IMG/VR virus record: IMGVR_UViG_3300005096_000103
Span: 1-64,000 of that record
DNA: 64,000 nt
Strand: one strand, 5' to 3'
Source: a virus
Shown: positions 35,973-44,430 of the stretch, piece after piece
How the letters are laid out: every line of letters starts with the position of its first letter
How positions within the stretch are numbered: the stretch's first letter is position 1
Made by a program: the position numbers and the translations under genes
The notes under the pieces: model-generated
Told to the model about the DNA's origin: nothing
Databases searched by the model: none
What the model saw: the letters and a program-made list of their open reading frames with translations, nothing else

Positions 35973-38900
35973 TACACGCCTCCTTTATTCCTAAGTGTGA
36001 TAGGCGTGTTAAGTGTTATCTCGTTGCGGTTGTACGCGGCTTTAGCTGCTTTAAGATCCTGGAAGATGCGCGCCTTACCTTTAGCCTGGCTCCCGGAGAA
36101 CGCCCCATACACTGCCTCGTGTTGTGGTTTAACGAGGAGGCTAGACTTCTTACCGTCTGAGAATATGAGATTAGACAAGGTCATACGCTTAGCTTCCTCT
36201 ACAGCCTTAGGCATTGAGGGGGTGTAGACCTGCATGGCATCGCCATCATAGTCTGCGTTCAAACCTTCTTCTGCAAAAGGGTTGAGCCGGATCGTCTTAC
36301 CTGGCACGGGTACAGCGTAAGCACCGATTAAGCCGAAGCGGTGTAGAGTCGGTGCTCGATTGATTAACACAGGCCTCTCTTTCAATTCGGCATTCAACTC
36401 GATCCTAGCCTCAGGTGTACGGTTATCCACCATGCCAATAGCCGCAACAGGCGCAGTACCCTTGCGGACTAGACGACGAGTTGTAAAGGGCTTGTACATT
36501 GACCAGAGCATGTCCTCTGGGATACCTACCTGGTCCAAACCAAGTGAGGGGTCAGGAGCTATGGTACCACGACCAGATAGTTGCTGTCTCTTCTTGATGA
36601 GCTTCTCGTGGAAGAACCCATACTTGGGGCTTGTCTCTCCCACGATCTGAGTCATGAAACCTTTGACACCACGTCCTAGAGTCTTAGCGTTGACAGGCGG
36701 GTTTGTTCCGAACACTGCACCAACAGCGTCGTAGAGTTGTTTGTTACTCTGTCCTGGTTCCTCCAAGGCTTTGAGTTCCTTAGGGGTGTTCTTGATAGAC
36801 TCGTTAACAAGTATAAGATCCTTATACAAGTAGTTAGGGTCAGAGATTAAAGCAGACCCGTCACTGGTTGTCACAACCGTACGCATGATAGGCGGGATAA
36901 CTGGGACCTTAGAGATGACGTACGCGTCTCCAGGTGACAAGTTCTGCTTCTTAAGAGAACCAATATACTTAAGCTGCCTCACCCACCCGTCAACTTGTGT
37001 TGCTGCGCTAGGTGATCGTATATTGATCTTCTGGGATATCTTAGCCTTTAGGGATCGCTCAAGTCCTGGGAGGTTTAGAGAGTTGAGCTTCGTCTTAACT
37101 GCAGCGCCTCCAGCTTCAGTGCTATACTTTGTGAACTCTATACCAGACATCCCTAGAAGCTCACGTGCAGGCTTTGCAAACACTGGATTCACTATAGGCT
37201 CAGCTAGTTTTATCTTAGACCACTTAGTTCCTGAGGGTCCTCCTGTAATACTGAAGTCGAATAGACCACCAGTCTCAGGGACGTACTTGGCTCCTCCGTT
37301 CTTAGAAGACTTGACCTTCATGATCCCAGCATTCTCTACTTCACGCTGGGCTAACGCATCAGTATCCTTATCTGTCATAGGCAACACACTAAAGATGTCA
37401 CCTTGCTTCTTAACGTTGATACCTCCGCCTTGCAGCATAGTCGTGTACTTGTTGAAGGCGTGAGACGTTTTGATGTCAGGGGTCGGGAGACCCAGCTGTA
37501 CCCTTCGCCAATACTCTTCGTTCTTATCTGACTTTACAGTGGAGCCCTCTTTGAGGATGGCGCGAGCGTCATGGGCTACAAGAGCCAAGAAGTCCATTGC
37601 ACCAAAGCTCTTTGCGCCCTCAGGGCCTCCACGTGTTGGCTGTCCATTAACATCAGTGGCGCCCACGCCTCGGGCTGAGAAGTTCGTCTCCGTGCTCTTG
37701 AACAGCTTGAGCATGTACTGCTGCCCTACCATTATATTAGGGATCTTCTTTCCGGTGATAGGGTCAGTGACGGTTTCCTTATCTTTGATCCCATGTTTCT
37801 TAAGCAGATCCTTTGCGAACTTGACACGATTGACGTTGTCGTAGTGAGGGAGCTGTATGACTTTACCTGTCTTCACTGCGACCTTTGAGATAGCTGTCTC
37901 GATAATCTGAGCAGGGTTGATGCGAGATACAACACCCGCGCTTGTGAGGAGCAGGTCGAGAGGCTTACCATCTTCACCCTGTGGCATCTCGTTATCTGGT
38001 ATAACTAAAGACACGACACCTTTGTTACCATATCGCCCAGCTAACTTATCCCCAACGCCCATAGGCTCAAGGGTTAACACTGTAACTTTGATAGAGCGAG
38101 GTGTGACCCTCACATCTTTAACAGTACCTTCGTGTTTATGTTCCCAGAGTATAGAAGCATCCCTGTAGGGTCTGACAAGACCTCGACTGAGGTTACCGAG
38201 AATCTCGTCCTCTGTTGACCTTACAACTTTCTTCACTGCTACAATGAGAAGTTCACCGGGCTTAATCTTTGAGCCGACTTTAGGTGCGCCACTCCTATCA
38301 ATGTTGTTGTACTCAGCAGCAGTAAACTTACCTCCGAAGTAAGTACGGTGTTTGTCTACCCCAGGTTCTATATTAGCAGTGATACTCAGCGAGTGCCTAT
38401 ACATGTGCTCGCTGGTCAGCTTATTCTTAGATGCACCCTCTGAGATAATTAGAGCATCATTAGAGTTGTAGCCCTTCCACGCCATGTAGGCTACCTTAAG
38501 ATTTGTCCCGCCCGCGTATCGACCGTCCTTAGTGAAGTTAGAATCAGCGAGGAAAGCACCCTTCTTAACCTTGTCACCCTTTGCAACGTTGACGCTATGG
38601 TCAAGCCTTGTCTTAGATGCGAAGGGGAAGTTCCTCGCATAAGGGACCTTGAACACCGAACCGTTGTTATCCTTTATATGTATCGTGTCTGTCTTCGTAT
38701 CTATTTTGCTGATAGTACCAGCGACAGGAGACTTAGGGAGGTGGATAGTCCCGAAGACATCCTCCATTGACTCCCCTGTCTTAGTGTTCCCCTGCACCTG
38801 AACCCAAGGTACTTCCCTGTTAACTAGCGGCAGCGATTGAGTCACTTGCTTCGCGCCCATGATAGCGCGATTCCCTTGCATTCCATTGATCCCCGGTACG

Positions 38901-40513
38901 ATATTCGTAGAAGGTGAATACATCGCTGCAGTACTCGGGACTTGATAGTCTACCTGGTTGCGAGAGACATTCTTAATCGTATCCCCAAACAAGACAGGCA
39001 CTTTGTTCTTTGTGATATCTGTCGTAGGGAAGGCAACGTTCTTCTTTGTAAAGTCTAAGACGTTGACGTACTCAAGCTTCTTCGTCTTTACGTTCTTTAG
39101 CAGTGAGAACATATCCCCTTCGTCGTTCACCGCCCCGTACGCTGTAACTCGAAGGTCTACACCTACACCCCCTGACTCAGGGGTACGGACAGGATCTAAG
39201 ATACCCAGGTGAGTTCCGTGCTGGTCCCGTGTTGAGTCTGGGACAGATCTGAGAGACGAGATACCCCCCTCCCCTAGAGATGTGACCTTGACCGCAGAGT
39301 CTAGGATCTCGATAGGGTTAATCTGTGACGGATTACTGGAGAGTGAGCTTGTAGTAATCAGTGTCTTAAGCGGACGACTGAAAGGGGTCGGAGGCATGAT
39401 ACTTTTAATTGTAGGATCTGCTGTACCATTGAGCTTGAACTTAACCTTAGACTGAAAAGCTCTACCCGCGTTCTTACTGATCCTCTCCCCAAAGAAAGTG
39501 TCTACAGTGTGTAGTGTCTTGAACTCTAGAGAGTCACGATCATCCTCAGGCTCAACTTTGTTATAAACCCTTAAGATCTTCTTGCTTGCAATCAAAAGAG
39601 CCTTGACGCTAACCCTGTCAAACTCCTGACCTAACGTAGTCTTTGTTACACGCTTGTGTAATACAGTGTTCTCGTACGCCTTAGCGATCTCACGTGCCAT
39701 ATCCTTGAGCGTAGGACTTGCCGTTCTATCTGACTCTTTAACGATCTTAAGATAGAGCTTACGTAGATTAGCCTGGGTATTCTTATTCGCCTTGCGATTA
39801 ACATCAACTAGCTTAGCACCCCACGCTTTCTTTACGTCAGCGGGTGATACCCCTAGCGTCTCCAATACAGGGTATAAAGGTATCTTAGTTGAGTCGTACT
39901 GTAAGTAGAACACGCCAGTCTCTGGAACCATAAAGATTCTAAAGTTACGCCCACGACCCAGGTTGAAGTTAGCTTCCAGGTCACCGTTGTTGCGTGTACG
40001 AGTGTAGACGCCAGGCTTAATACGCAGCTGATTTGACAGCGAGTACTCTGTGCCCTTTACCGTGAAGGTATGCCGAGGTGTCATCCAAGGAAGCTGCGCT
40101 ACAGTCTTCTTCTGCTTATCAACAACCTTTCCAGTCTTATTGTTGCGTATGATGAGCGTAGCACTCACCCGCTCGTTAAGAGACTTACCTACAAGGATAG
40201 CTTCTTTCTGTTCCTTTAACGTAAAGTCTTTCTTCTCTACGCTGATATCCTTCACTTCGAGGGAGAACTTCGTACCCTCCACAGGCATCGTCTTTGCGAG
40301 CGCTGCAACAGTCTGCTGCCTTATCCGCTCCCGCCTCTCTTCTGCAGAGGAGAGTACCCGATGCAACCCTTTGAGGTACCCCGTCTTCAACGTGTACGGC
40401 GTATCATCTCCCTCAGGATCCACCCCCGCAAGCTCTGCTGCCGAGGTAGGTTCCAGAGTATCCTCTTGCGAGTCAGCGCCATCTATCGCGAACCCACTTT
40501 CTTTATTAGCCAT
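35972..40513 (-). CDS. rpoB-rpoC: DNA-directed RNA polymerase: beta fused to the catalytic N-terminal half of beta'
   Basis: beta motifs TFTVKGTEYSLSNQL, GTHLGILDPVRTPES, GDKLAGRYGNKG, YMLKL, TVKSD; beta' motifs PVIPPIMR, KRQQLSGR, NRAPTLHR, NADYDGD (36239-36259); GGAGGT SD supports a start at 40513 (ORF track start 40585). Confidence 0.93.
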   Translation of the reverse strand: MANKESGFAIDGADSQEDTLEPTSAAELAGVDPEGDDTPYTLKTGYLKGLHRVLSSAEERRERIRQQTVAALAKTMPVEGTKFSLEVKDISVEKKDFTLKEQKEAILVGKSLNERVSATLIIRNNKTGKVVDKQKKTVAQLPWMTPRHTFTVKGTEYSLSNQLRIKPGVYTRTRNNGDLEANFNLGRGRNFRIFMVPETGVFYLQYDSTKIPLYPVLETLGVSPADVKKAWGAKLVDVNRKANKNTQANLRKLYLKIVKESDRTASPTLKDMAREIAKAYENTVLHKRVTKTTLGQEFDRVSVKALLIASKKILRVYNKVEPEDDRDSLEFKTLHTVDTFFGERISKNAGRAFQSKVKFKLNGTADPTIKSIMPPTPFSRPLKTLITTSSLSSNPSQINPIEILDSAVKVTSLGEGGISSLRSVPDSTRDQHGTHLGILDPVRTPESGGVGVDLRVTAYGAVNDEGDMFSLLKNVKTKKLEYVNVLDFTKKNVAFPTTDITKNKVPVLFGDTIKNVSRNQVDYQVPSTAAMYSPSTNIVPGINGMQGNRAIMGAKQVTQSLPLVNREVPWVQVQGNTKTGESMEDVFGTIHLPKSPVAGTISKIDTKTDTIHIKDNNGSVFKVPYARNFPFASKTRLDHSVNVAKGDKVKKGAFLADSNFTKDGRYAGGTNLKVAYMAWKGYNSNDALIISEGASKNKLTSEHMYRHSLSITANIEPGVDKHRTYFGGKFTAAEYNNIDRSGAPKVGSKIKPGELLIVAVKKVVRSTEDEILGNLSRGLVRPYRDASILWEHKHEGTVKDVRVTPRSIKVTVLTLEPMGVGDKLAGRYGNKGVVSLVIPDNEMPQGEDGKPLDLLLTSAGVVSRINPAQIIETAISKVAVKTGKVIQLPHYDNVNRVKFAKDLLKKHGIKDKETVTDPITGKKIPNIMVGQQYMLKLFKSTETNFSARGVGATDVNGQPTRGGPEGAKSFGAMDFLALVAHDARAILKEGSTVKSDKNEEYWRRVQLGLPTPDIKTSHAFNKYTTMLQGGGINVKKQGDIFSVLPMTDKDTDALAQREVENAGIMKVKSSKNGGAKYVPETGGLFDFSITGGPSGTKWSKIKLAEPIVNPVFAKPARELLGMSGIEFTKYSTEAGGAAVKTKLNSLNLPGLERSLKAKISQKINIRSPSAATQVDGWVRQLKYIGSLKKQNLSPGDAYVISKVPVIPPIMRTVVTTSDGSALISDPNYLYKDLILVNESIKNTPKELKALEEPGQSNKQLYDAVGAVFGTNPPVNAKTLGRGVKGFMTQIVGETSPKYGFFHEKLIKKRQQLSGRGTIAPDPSLGLDQVGIPEDMLWSMYKPFTTRRLVRKGTAPVAAIGMVDNRTPEARIELNAELKERPVLINRAPTLHRFGLIGAYAVPVPGKTIRLNPFAEEGLNADYDGDAMQVYTPSMPKAVEEAKRMTLSNLIFSDGKKSSLLVKPQHEAVYGAFSGSQAKGKARIFQDLKAAKAAYNRNEITLNTPITLRNKGGV

Positions 40514-40585
40514 AGCGTACACCTCCCCTCGGGAGACTACTCTAGTTCCGTCCGGTCGTAAATGCCCTGCATAAACGTGCCTCAT

Positions 40586-40602
40586 AAATTGGTATAAGAT
40601 AG
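40586..40602 (+). promoter_or_regulatory. Candidate promoter motif AAATTGGTATAAGATAG
   Basis: Matches the motifs at 1666 and 40891. Confidence 0.4.
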
Positions 40603-40681
40603 TAACTAAGATTCGTAGATCTAATCACTAAGCACGCAATAAGGCGTACTAGGTGAAGAGGTCGAAACTTTGGGAGTACGC

Positions 40682-40804
40682 ATGCGTACCAGAAACATCA
40701 TCGCGATCCTTATGATCGCTGCCGCACTAGTAGCGGGTGAGAGAAGTTCTCTCCCTGTTCGGTGCGGCGTTCCTACCACTTCGTCCATCGGGTCGAAGTG
40801 GTAG
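40682..40804 (+). CDS. Possible 40-aa peptide with signal-like N-terminus
   Basis: GGGAG SD; MRTRNIIAILMIAAALVAG...; its 3' half overlaps a strong hairpin. Confidence 0.3.
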   Translation: MRTRNIIAILMIAAALVAGERSSLPVRCGVPTTSSIGSKW

Positions 40805-40815
40805 GAAGAGAGAAC
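40746..40815. other. Strong stem-loop
   Basis: TTCCTACCACTTCG (40770-40783) / CGAAGTGGTAGGAA (40794-40807) perfect 14 bp; outer GTTCTCTC/GAGAGAAC. Confidence 0.8.
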
Positions 40816-40890
40816 CCAAATGGATTCTCTTTTGTTTAGTAAAACATACACCTCTTAACCTCACCCTCTAAGACCAAAAACAACCCCTAT

Positions 40891-40906
40891 TAATTGGTAA
40901 AAGATA
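40891..40906 (+). promoter_or_regulatory. Candidate promoter motif TAATTGGTAAAAGATA
   Basis: One mismatch to the 40586 motif; ~90 nt upstream of the histone-like gene. Confidence 0.35.
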
Positions 40907-40994
40907 TTAACAATAGAATACTAGCTTGCTTGAATTCAATGCACAATATGGTGTGTTGGGTATTAGAGTGAGCGCCATAGTCCTTGGAGGGATT

Positions 40995-41333
40995 ATGTTT
41001 GGTTTCGGAAGAAAGAAGAACAGTCGCCGTGAGTTGGTTAACGTTTGTTGCGCTGTGATCGGAGGCCTCGCAGCCTCCGTCGTGGCTGGTTCGAGTATCG
41101 TCGGAGTAGGGGTCGCGAAAGCGGCTCTCGCCCCCTCGGGGGTGGCGGAGAGGACGGTAGTCCAGGTCCGCACAGTGAAGAAGTTGGCAAAGGTGATGGA
41201 GAAGGAGGAGAAGAAGGCGGCCAAGGCCAAGGCCAAGGCGCGTGCCAAGAAGCTTCAGGCGAAGTCGGCGAAGAAGGGAAAGAAGATCCGCAACGCCAAG
41301 CTCGACCAGTTGCTGGAGGCTTTCGCCGCGTAA
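40995..41333 (+). CDS. Basic protein with hydrophobic N-terminal helix and histone H1-like Lys/Ala-rich tail
   Basis: GGAGG SD and ATG at 40995; KKAAKAKAKARAKKLQAKSAKKGKK; ~62% GC (hand count). Confidence 0.75.
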   Translation: MFGFGRKKNSRRELVNVCCAVIGGLAASVVAGSSIVGVGVAKAALAPSGVAERTVVQVRTVKKLAKVMEKEEKKAAKAKAKARAKKLQAKSAKKGKKIRNAKLDQLLEAFAA

Positions 41334-41347
41334 GCGGTGAGAGTCGG

Positions 41348-41382
41348 AGAAAGGACCTACTTATTGTGGGTCCTTTCTTTTT
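41348..41382 (+). terminator. Rho-independent terminator
   Basis: AGAAAGGACCTAC-TTATT-GTGGGTCCTTTCT followed by a T run. Confidence 0.8.
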
Positions 41383-41499
41383 GCTTAGAGGCAGCAAGCT
41401 TAACAGCTAAGGAGGTACACGCTAAAGATAGCTCATTCTTTAGGTAGGTTATACTGCTCTTAGGTAGGATATCTTACTGGGTTCGTGCGGAGTTTTGTG

Positions 41500-41877
41500 A
41501 TGTCGAGTGGTGAAGTGTCAAGTGGTAGAATGTCGGGTAAAGGTAAGTCTGGGTTTACTTTGGTTAAGCCTCTTGTTAAGCCTCTTGCGGTAAAGAAAGG
41601 AAAGAAGAAGAGACGCAAGGAGTTTAAGAAGTATACAAAGAAACTCAAGTCGAATGACTCTGAGGGGATCTTAGCTGCGTTTACGCGCGGTGCGGAGGAT
41701 CATGGAATTGAATGGGCACTGCTTGGACTCGCGGTCTTGGCAATACCTGTTGGAGTTGCAATCCTTGCTGAGTACTCGTCAAGCCGCAGGTCTACGAGTG
41801 TAGACTGGGCTAAGCTTGTTGAGCTTATATCCCCTGTTATCCTGAAAGCGTTTAGGACAGTGCTCAGGATGCACTAG
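41500..41877 (+). CDS. Lys-rich membrane protein
   Basis: KKGKKKRRKEFKK followed by the TM helix WALLGLAVLAIPVGVAILA; start 41500 (GGAG SD) or 41530. Confidence 0.6.
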   Translation: MSSGEVSSGRMSGKGKSGFTLVKPLVKPLAVKKGKKKRRKEFKKYTKKLKSNDSEGILAAFTRGAEDHGIEWALLGLAVLAIPVGVAILAEYSSSRRSTSVDWAKLVELISPVILKAFRTVLRMH

Positions 41878-41987
41878 AGTCGAAGACTGTAGAGTGTAGA
41901 CTTACAACTAACACACGAACACAATGACACACAGACATAATAGCATACGAACATAATAGCATACTAACATACGCACATACGAACAGA

Positions 41988-42614
41988 CTAAGGCAGCGGG
42001 TCAATAGGCTCATCACCCTCTTGGCTTGCTGCCTCACTTAGACTCAGTGCCGCCTCACTTAAATTAGTGGCAGCTTCGTGTATATTTACTGAGCTTTTTT
42101 TATTTGCTAGTGTAGATGTTGAAGGAGCTGAAGGTATAGTTTCCCACCAGGCTAGAAGAACGAGGAAGTTACCGTCCCGATCTGTAGAGAACCGCTCGTG
42201 TAGTAGACCAGCCTTATCCGATCTAATCTTGCGGAAGATGTGTTCCATCTTACTGCTGTAGACGTGAGATTCGTCAGCGATTGTATACTGCTGGTAGAAG
42301 AACTTAACGTCCTCTCCTTCGAACATAAGATCGGCTGGTGATCTCCCCGCAGATAAGGGCGAACTACCAAAACCCTCTGTGTCTGAACCGTCAGCCCCCT
42401 GTGCTGCTTTCTTAGCTGCAGCAACGCGGGTGCGTCCGTCCTGGGCATCAATGATGTTCTGCCTGTGCCCAGCAGGTGTAAAGGCTGGTACGCCGTAGTT
42501 CGGATCCTCTTCCTCCCCTTCAAAGATGTTTCCGTCAGTACGCTTGAACTCAGCGTTATACATATCGACTCCACTAAAGGCGTCGAAGATTGGATTACCG
42601 GTGTTGGATGTCAT
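41988..42614 (-). CDS. Hypothetical protein
   Basis: 208 aa, AGGAG SD, directly downstream of the portal. Confidence 0.7.
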   Translation of the reverse strand: MTSNTGNPIFDAFSGVDMYNAEFKRTDGNIFEGEEEDPNYGVPAFTPAGHRQNIIDAQDGRTRVAAAKKAAQGADGSDTEGFGSSPLSAGRSPADLMFEGEDVKFFYQQYTIADESHVYSSKMEHIFRKIRSDKAGLLHERFSTDRDGNFLVLLAWWETIPSAPSTSTLANKKSSVNIHEAATNLSEAALSLSEAASQEGDEPIDPLP

Positions 42615-42651
42615 AGCTGTTACTCCTACTGTGCTTTAGCGCTGGTTGCCC

Positions 42652-44415
42652 TTACTGTGCCTGTGCTTGTGCTTGACCTTGCTGTCCCTTATTCTGATCT
42701 AGTATCATACGGACTACAGCGTAGAGAACCATATCTTCATTCTGTAGAGCGGCCATCTGCGTACGGCGTTCTTCGTAGGGCATAGGAGCAATCTGCTGTG
42801 CGATGCCTTCAGCCTGTGCGTAGACGGCTTGTTGGTCGTAGCCGAGACCAGAGCCGTCGTTAGCAGCTGCGTCAGCTTGAGCTGCAGTAGCGAGGGATTG
42901 TTCAATCTCAGACATCTTGTTCTGTAAGAGGTTTTCCATTCGCTTCTCAGCGAGTTCATCTTCCATCATGCGATCGCGTTCCTTATCGATGTCACGTCCG
43001 AACATCTCAGCTATGGATCGGTTAGACAGGTGGTTAGACGTCTGGGCAACGTTAACCTCTAAAGACTTCTGCTGGACGTCGTCAATGAACTTGAATGGGG
43101 TCATGTCGATACTAACAGTCTCCCACTTCATACACTTGGCTGACTGCTCTCCTATCCAGTTAAGCGCGCGGACAAGGTCTATACGCTCAGGTTCCAGTGT
43201 ATTTTCGAGCATACGGAGTGTGGCGCTAGAACCTGTCCACGAGAGACCTCCGTAGATAAACTCTTTGAACAGTCCGATAGAAGCAATGATATCCTCTTCA
43301 GCTTGTTGGATTTCACCGAGCGTCATAAGTGCTCGGCCTTGACCTCCTATCTGTGTAACGCCCACGCCTACTGGAGCGATGTGTACATGCAGAGGATCAT
43401 GACGGTGCTGCCTAAATGCTTTAGATAAGCGACTCGCCCACTTAGCGCCGTTCAACGTTGAGATAGGGTTAGCAGCGTTATTAGTTTGTTGTGGGAACAG
43501 AACCCTGAGAGGTACGATGTACCCTTGTGCAATAGCCTCGTTAGCCCTACGTAGTACAGCCGCGTAGTAGTGCTTCTTTAAAGACGCCGCAAGCTTCGGT
43601 AACCCAAGCGCTCCCTCAATACCAGAAGGCGCAGGGTTCTTAAGGTGCAGGATGTTGTCCTTAGGGAGCAGGAAGGAGTCTTTGGGACGGGACACCGTCT
43701 TAAGAAACTCTGCAGGCATGTTTGTGATGAACAACGGGTTAGAAGCTTTGATAGCCTCCCTTGTGATCTGGGGGATTTTGTACCAGAACTTCTGCTCCCC
43801 TGTGATGTAGTTCTCTTCGATGTCAATAAGCTTTATGTCCCAGCGTATAACTCGGATAGCTGACATACGACTTCTAGGCTTGTCAATGAAGTCGTCAATG
43901 TGGACTTTGTGACGCTTACCACATGCTGTCGTCGGGCAGGTGAAATCTACGATACAACTCTGCCAGTGGTACTTAAAGTCTTCCTGATCTGCGTTAGCGA
44001 GGAAGACCATTGTATCGCAACCTGTACAAAAATACATACGGTCTATCGCTTGGTTGACGCTAAGGACAACATTTCCGTAGATACTCTTGTCGAGCTGGAT
44101 AGCTTTGAGCAGTCCGCGAATATGCAGATGATCATCGAAGAGTGTTTTGTACTTTGTTTTGAGGTCTGTCTTGACAGTGTCGAACACAACGTCTGTAATG
44201 ACGTAGTCAGCTTGCTTCTGCAGACCGATATAGATATTGGAGTTGTTGAAGTATAAGTACTCACACCACCTGAACATGTCCTTGAGAGACCGAGGCATAA
44301 AGCCGCTCAAAAAGTCGAACATAGGGTTAGGGAGACCACGACGATAATTGAACATATCGGTAGTCTTTGTTCCTGCACCAGCAGAGGACATCCCGCTCGA
44401 CATATTAAACCTCAC
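42652..44415 (-). CDS. Portal protein
   Basis: 587 aa; YGNVVLSV, ILHLKNP...GLPKLAASLK, IGGQGRAL patterns typical of portals; Q/A-rich tail; CTGC/CPTTAC insertion. Confidence 0.7.
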   Translation of the reverse strand: MRFNMSSGMSSAGAGTKTTDMFNYRRGLPNPMFDFLSGFMPRSLKDMFRWCEYLYFNNSNIYIGLQKQADYVITDVVFDTVKTDLKTKYKTLFDDHLHIRGLLKAIQLDKSIYGNVVLSVNQAIDRMYFCTGCDTMVFLANADQEDFKYHWQSCIVDFTCPTTACGKRHKVHIDDFIDKPRSRMSAIRVIRWDIKLIDIEENYITGEQKFWYKIPQITREAIKASNPLFITNMPAEFLKTVSRPKDSFLLPKDNILHLKNPAPSGIEGALGLPKLAASLKKHYYAAVLRRANEAIAQGYIVPLRVLFPQQTNNAANPISTLNGAKWASRLSKAFRQHRHDPLHVHIAPVGVGVTQIGGQGRALMTLGEIQQAEEDIIASIGLFKEFIYGGLSWTGSSATLRMLENTLEPERIDLVRALNWIGEQSAKCMKWETVSIDMTPFKFIDDVQQKSLEVNVAQTSNHLSNRSIAEMFGRDIDKERDRMMEDELAEKRMENLLQNKMSEIEQSLATAAQADAAANDGSGLGYDQQAVYAQAEGIAQQIAPMPYEERRTQMAALQNEDMVLYAVVRMILDQNKGQQGQAQAQAQ

Positions 44416-44430
44416 AAAAGAGACACGTGA

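Noticed and set aside
40514-40585. N-terminal 24 aa of the RNAP fusion
   Set aside because: There is no SD at 40585, while GGAGGT precedes the ATG at 40513.
40621-40851. 76-aa minus-strand ORF upstream of RNAP
   Set aside because: No SD, and it overlaps the plus-strand hairpin/sORF; probably spurious.
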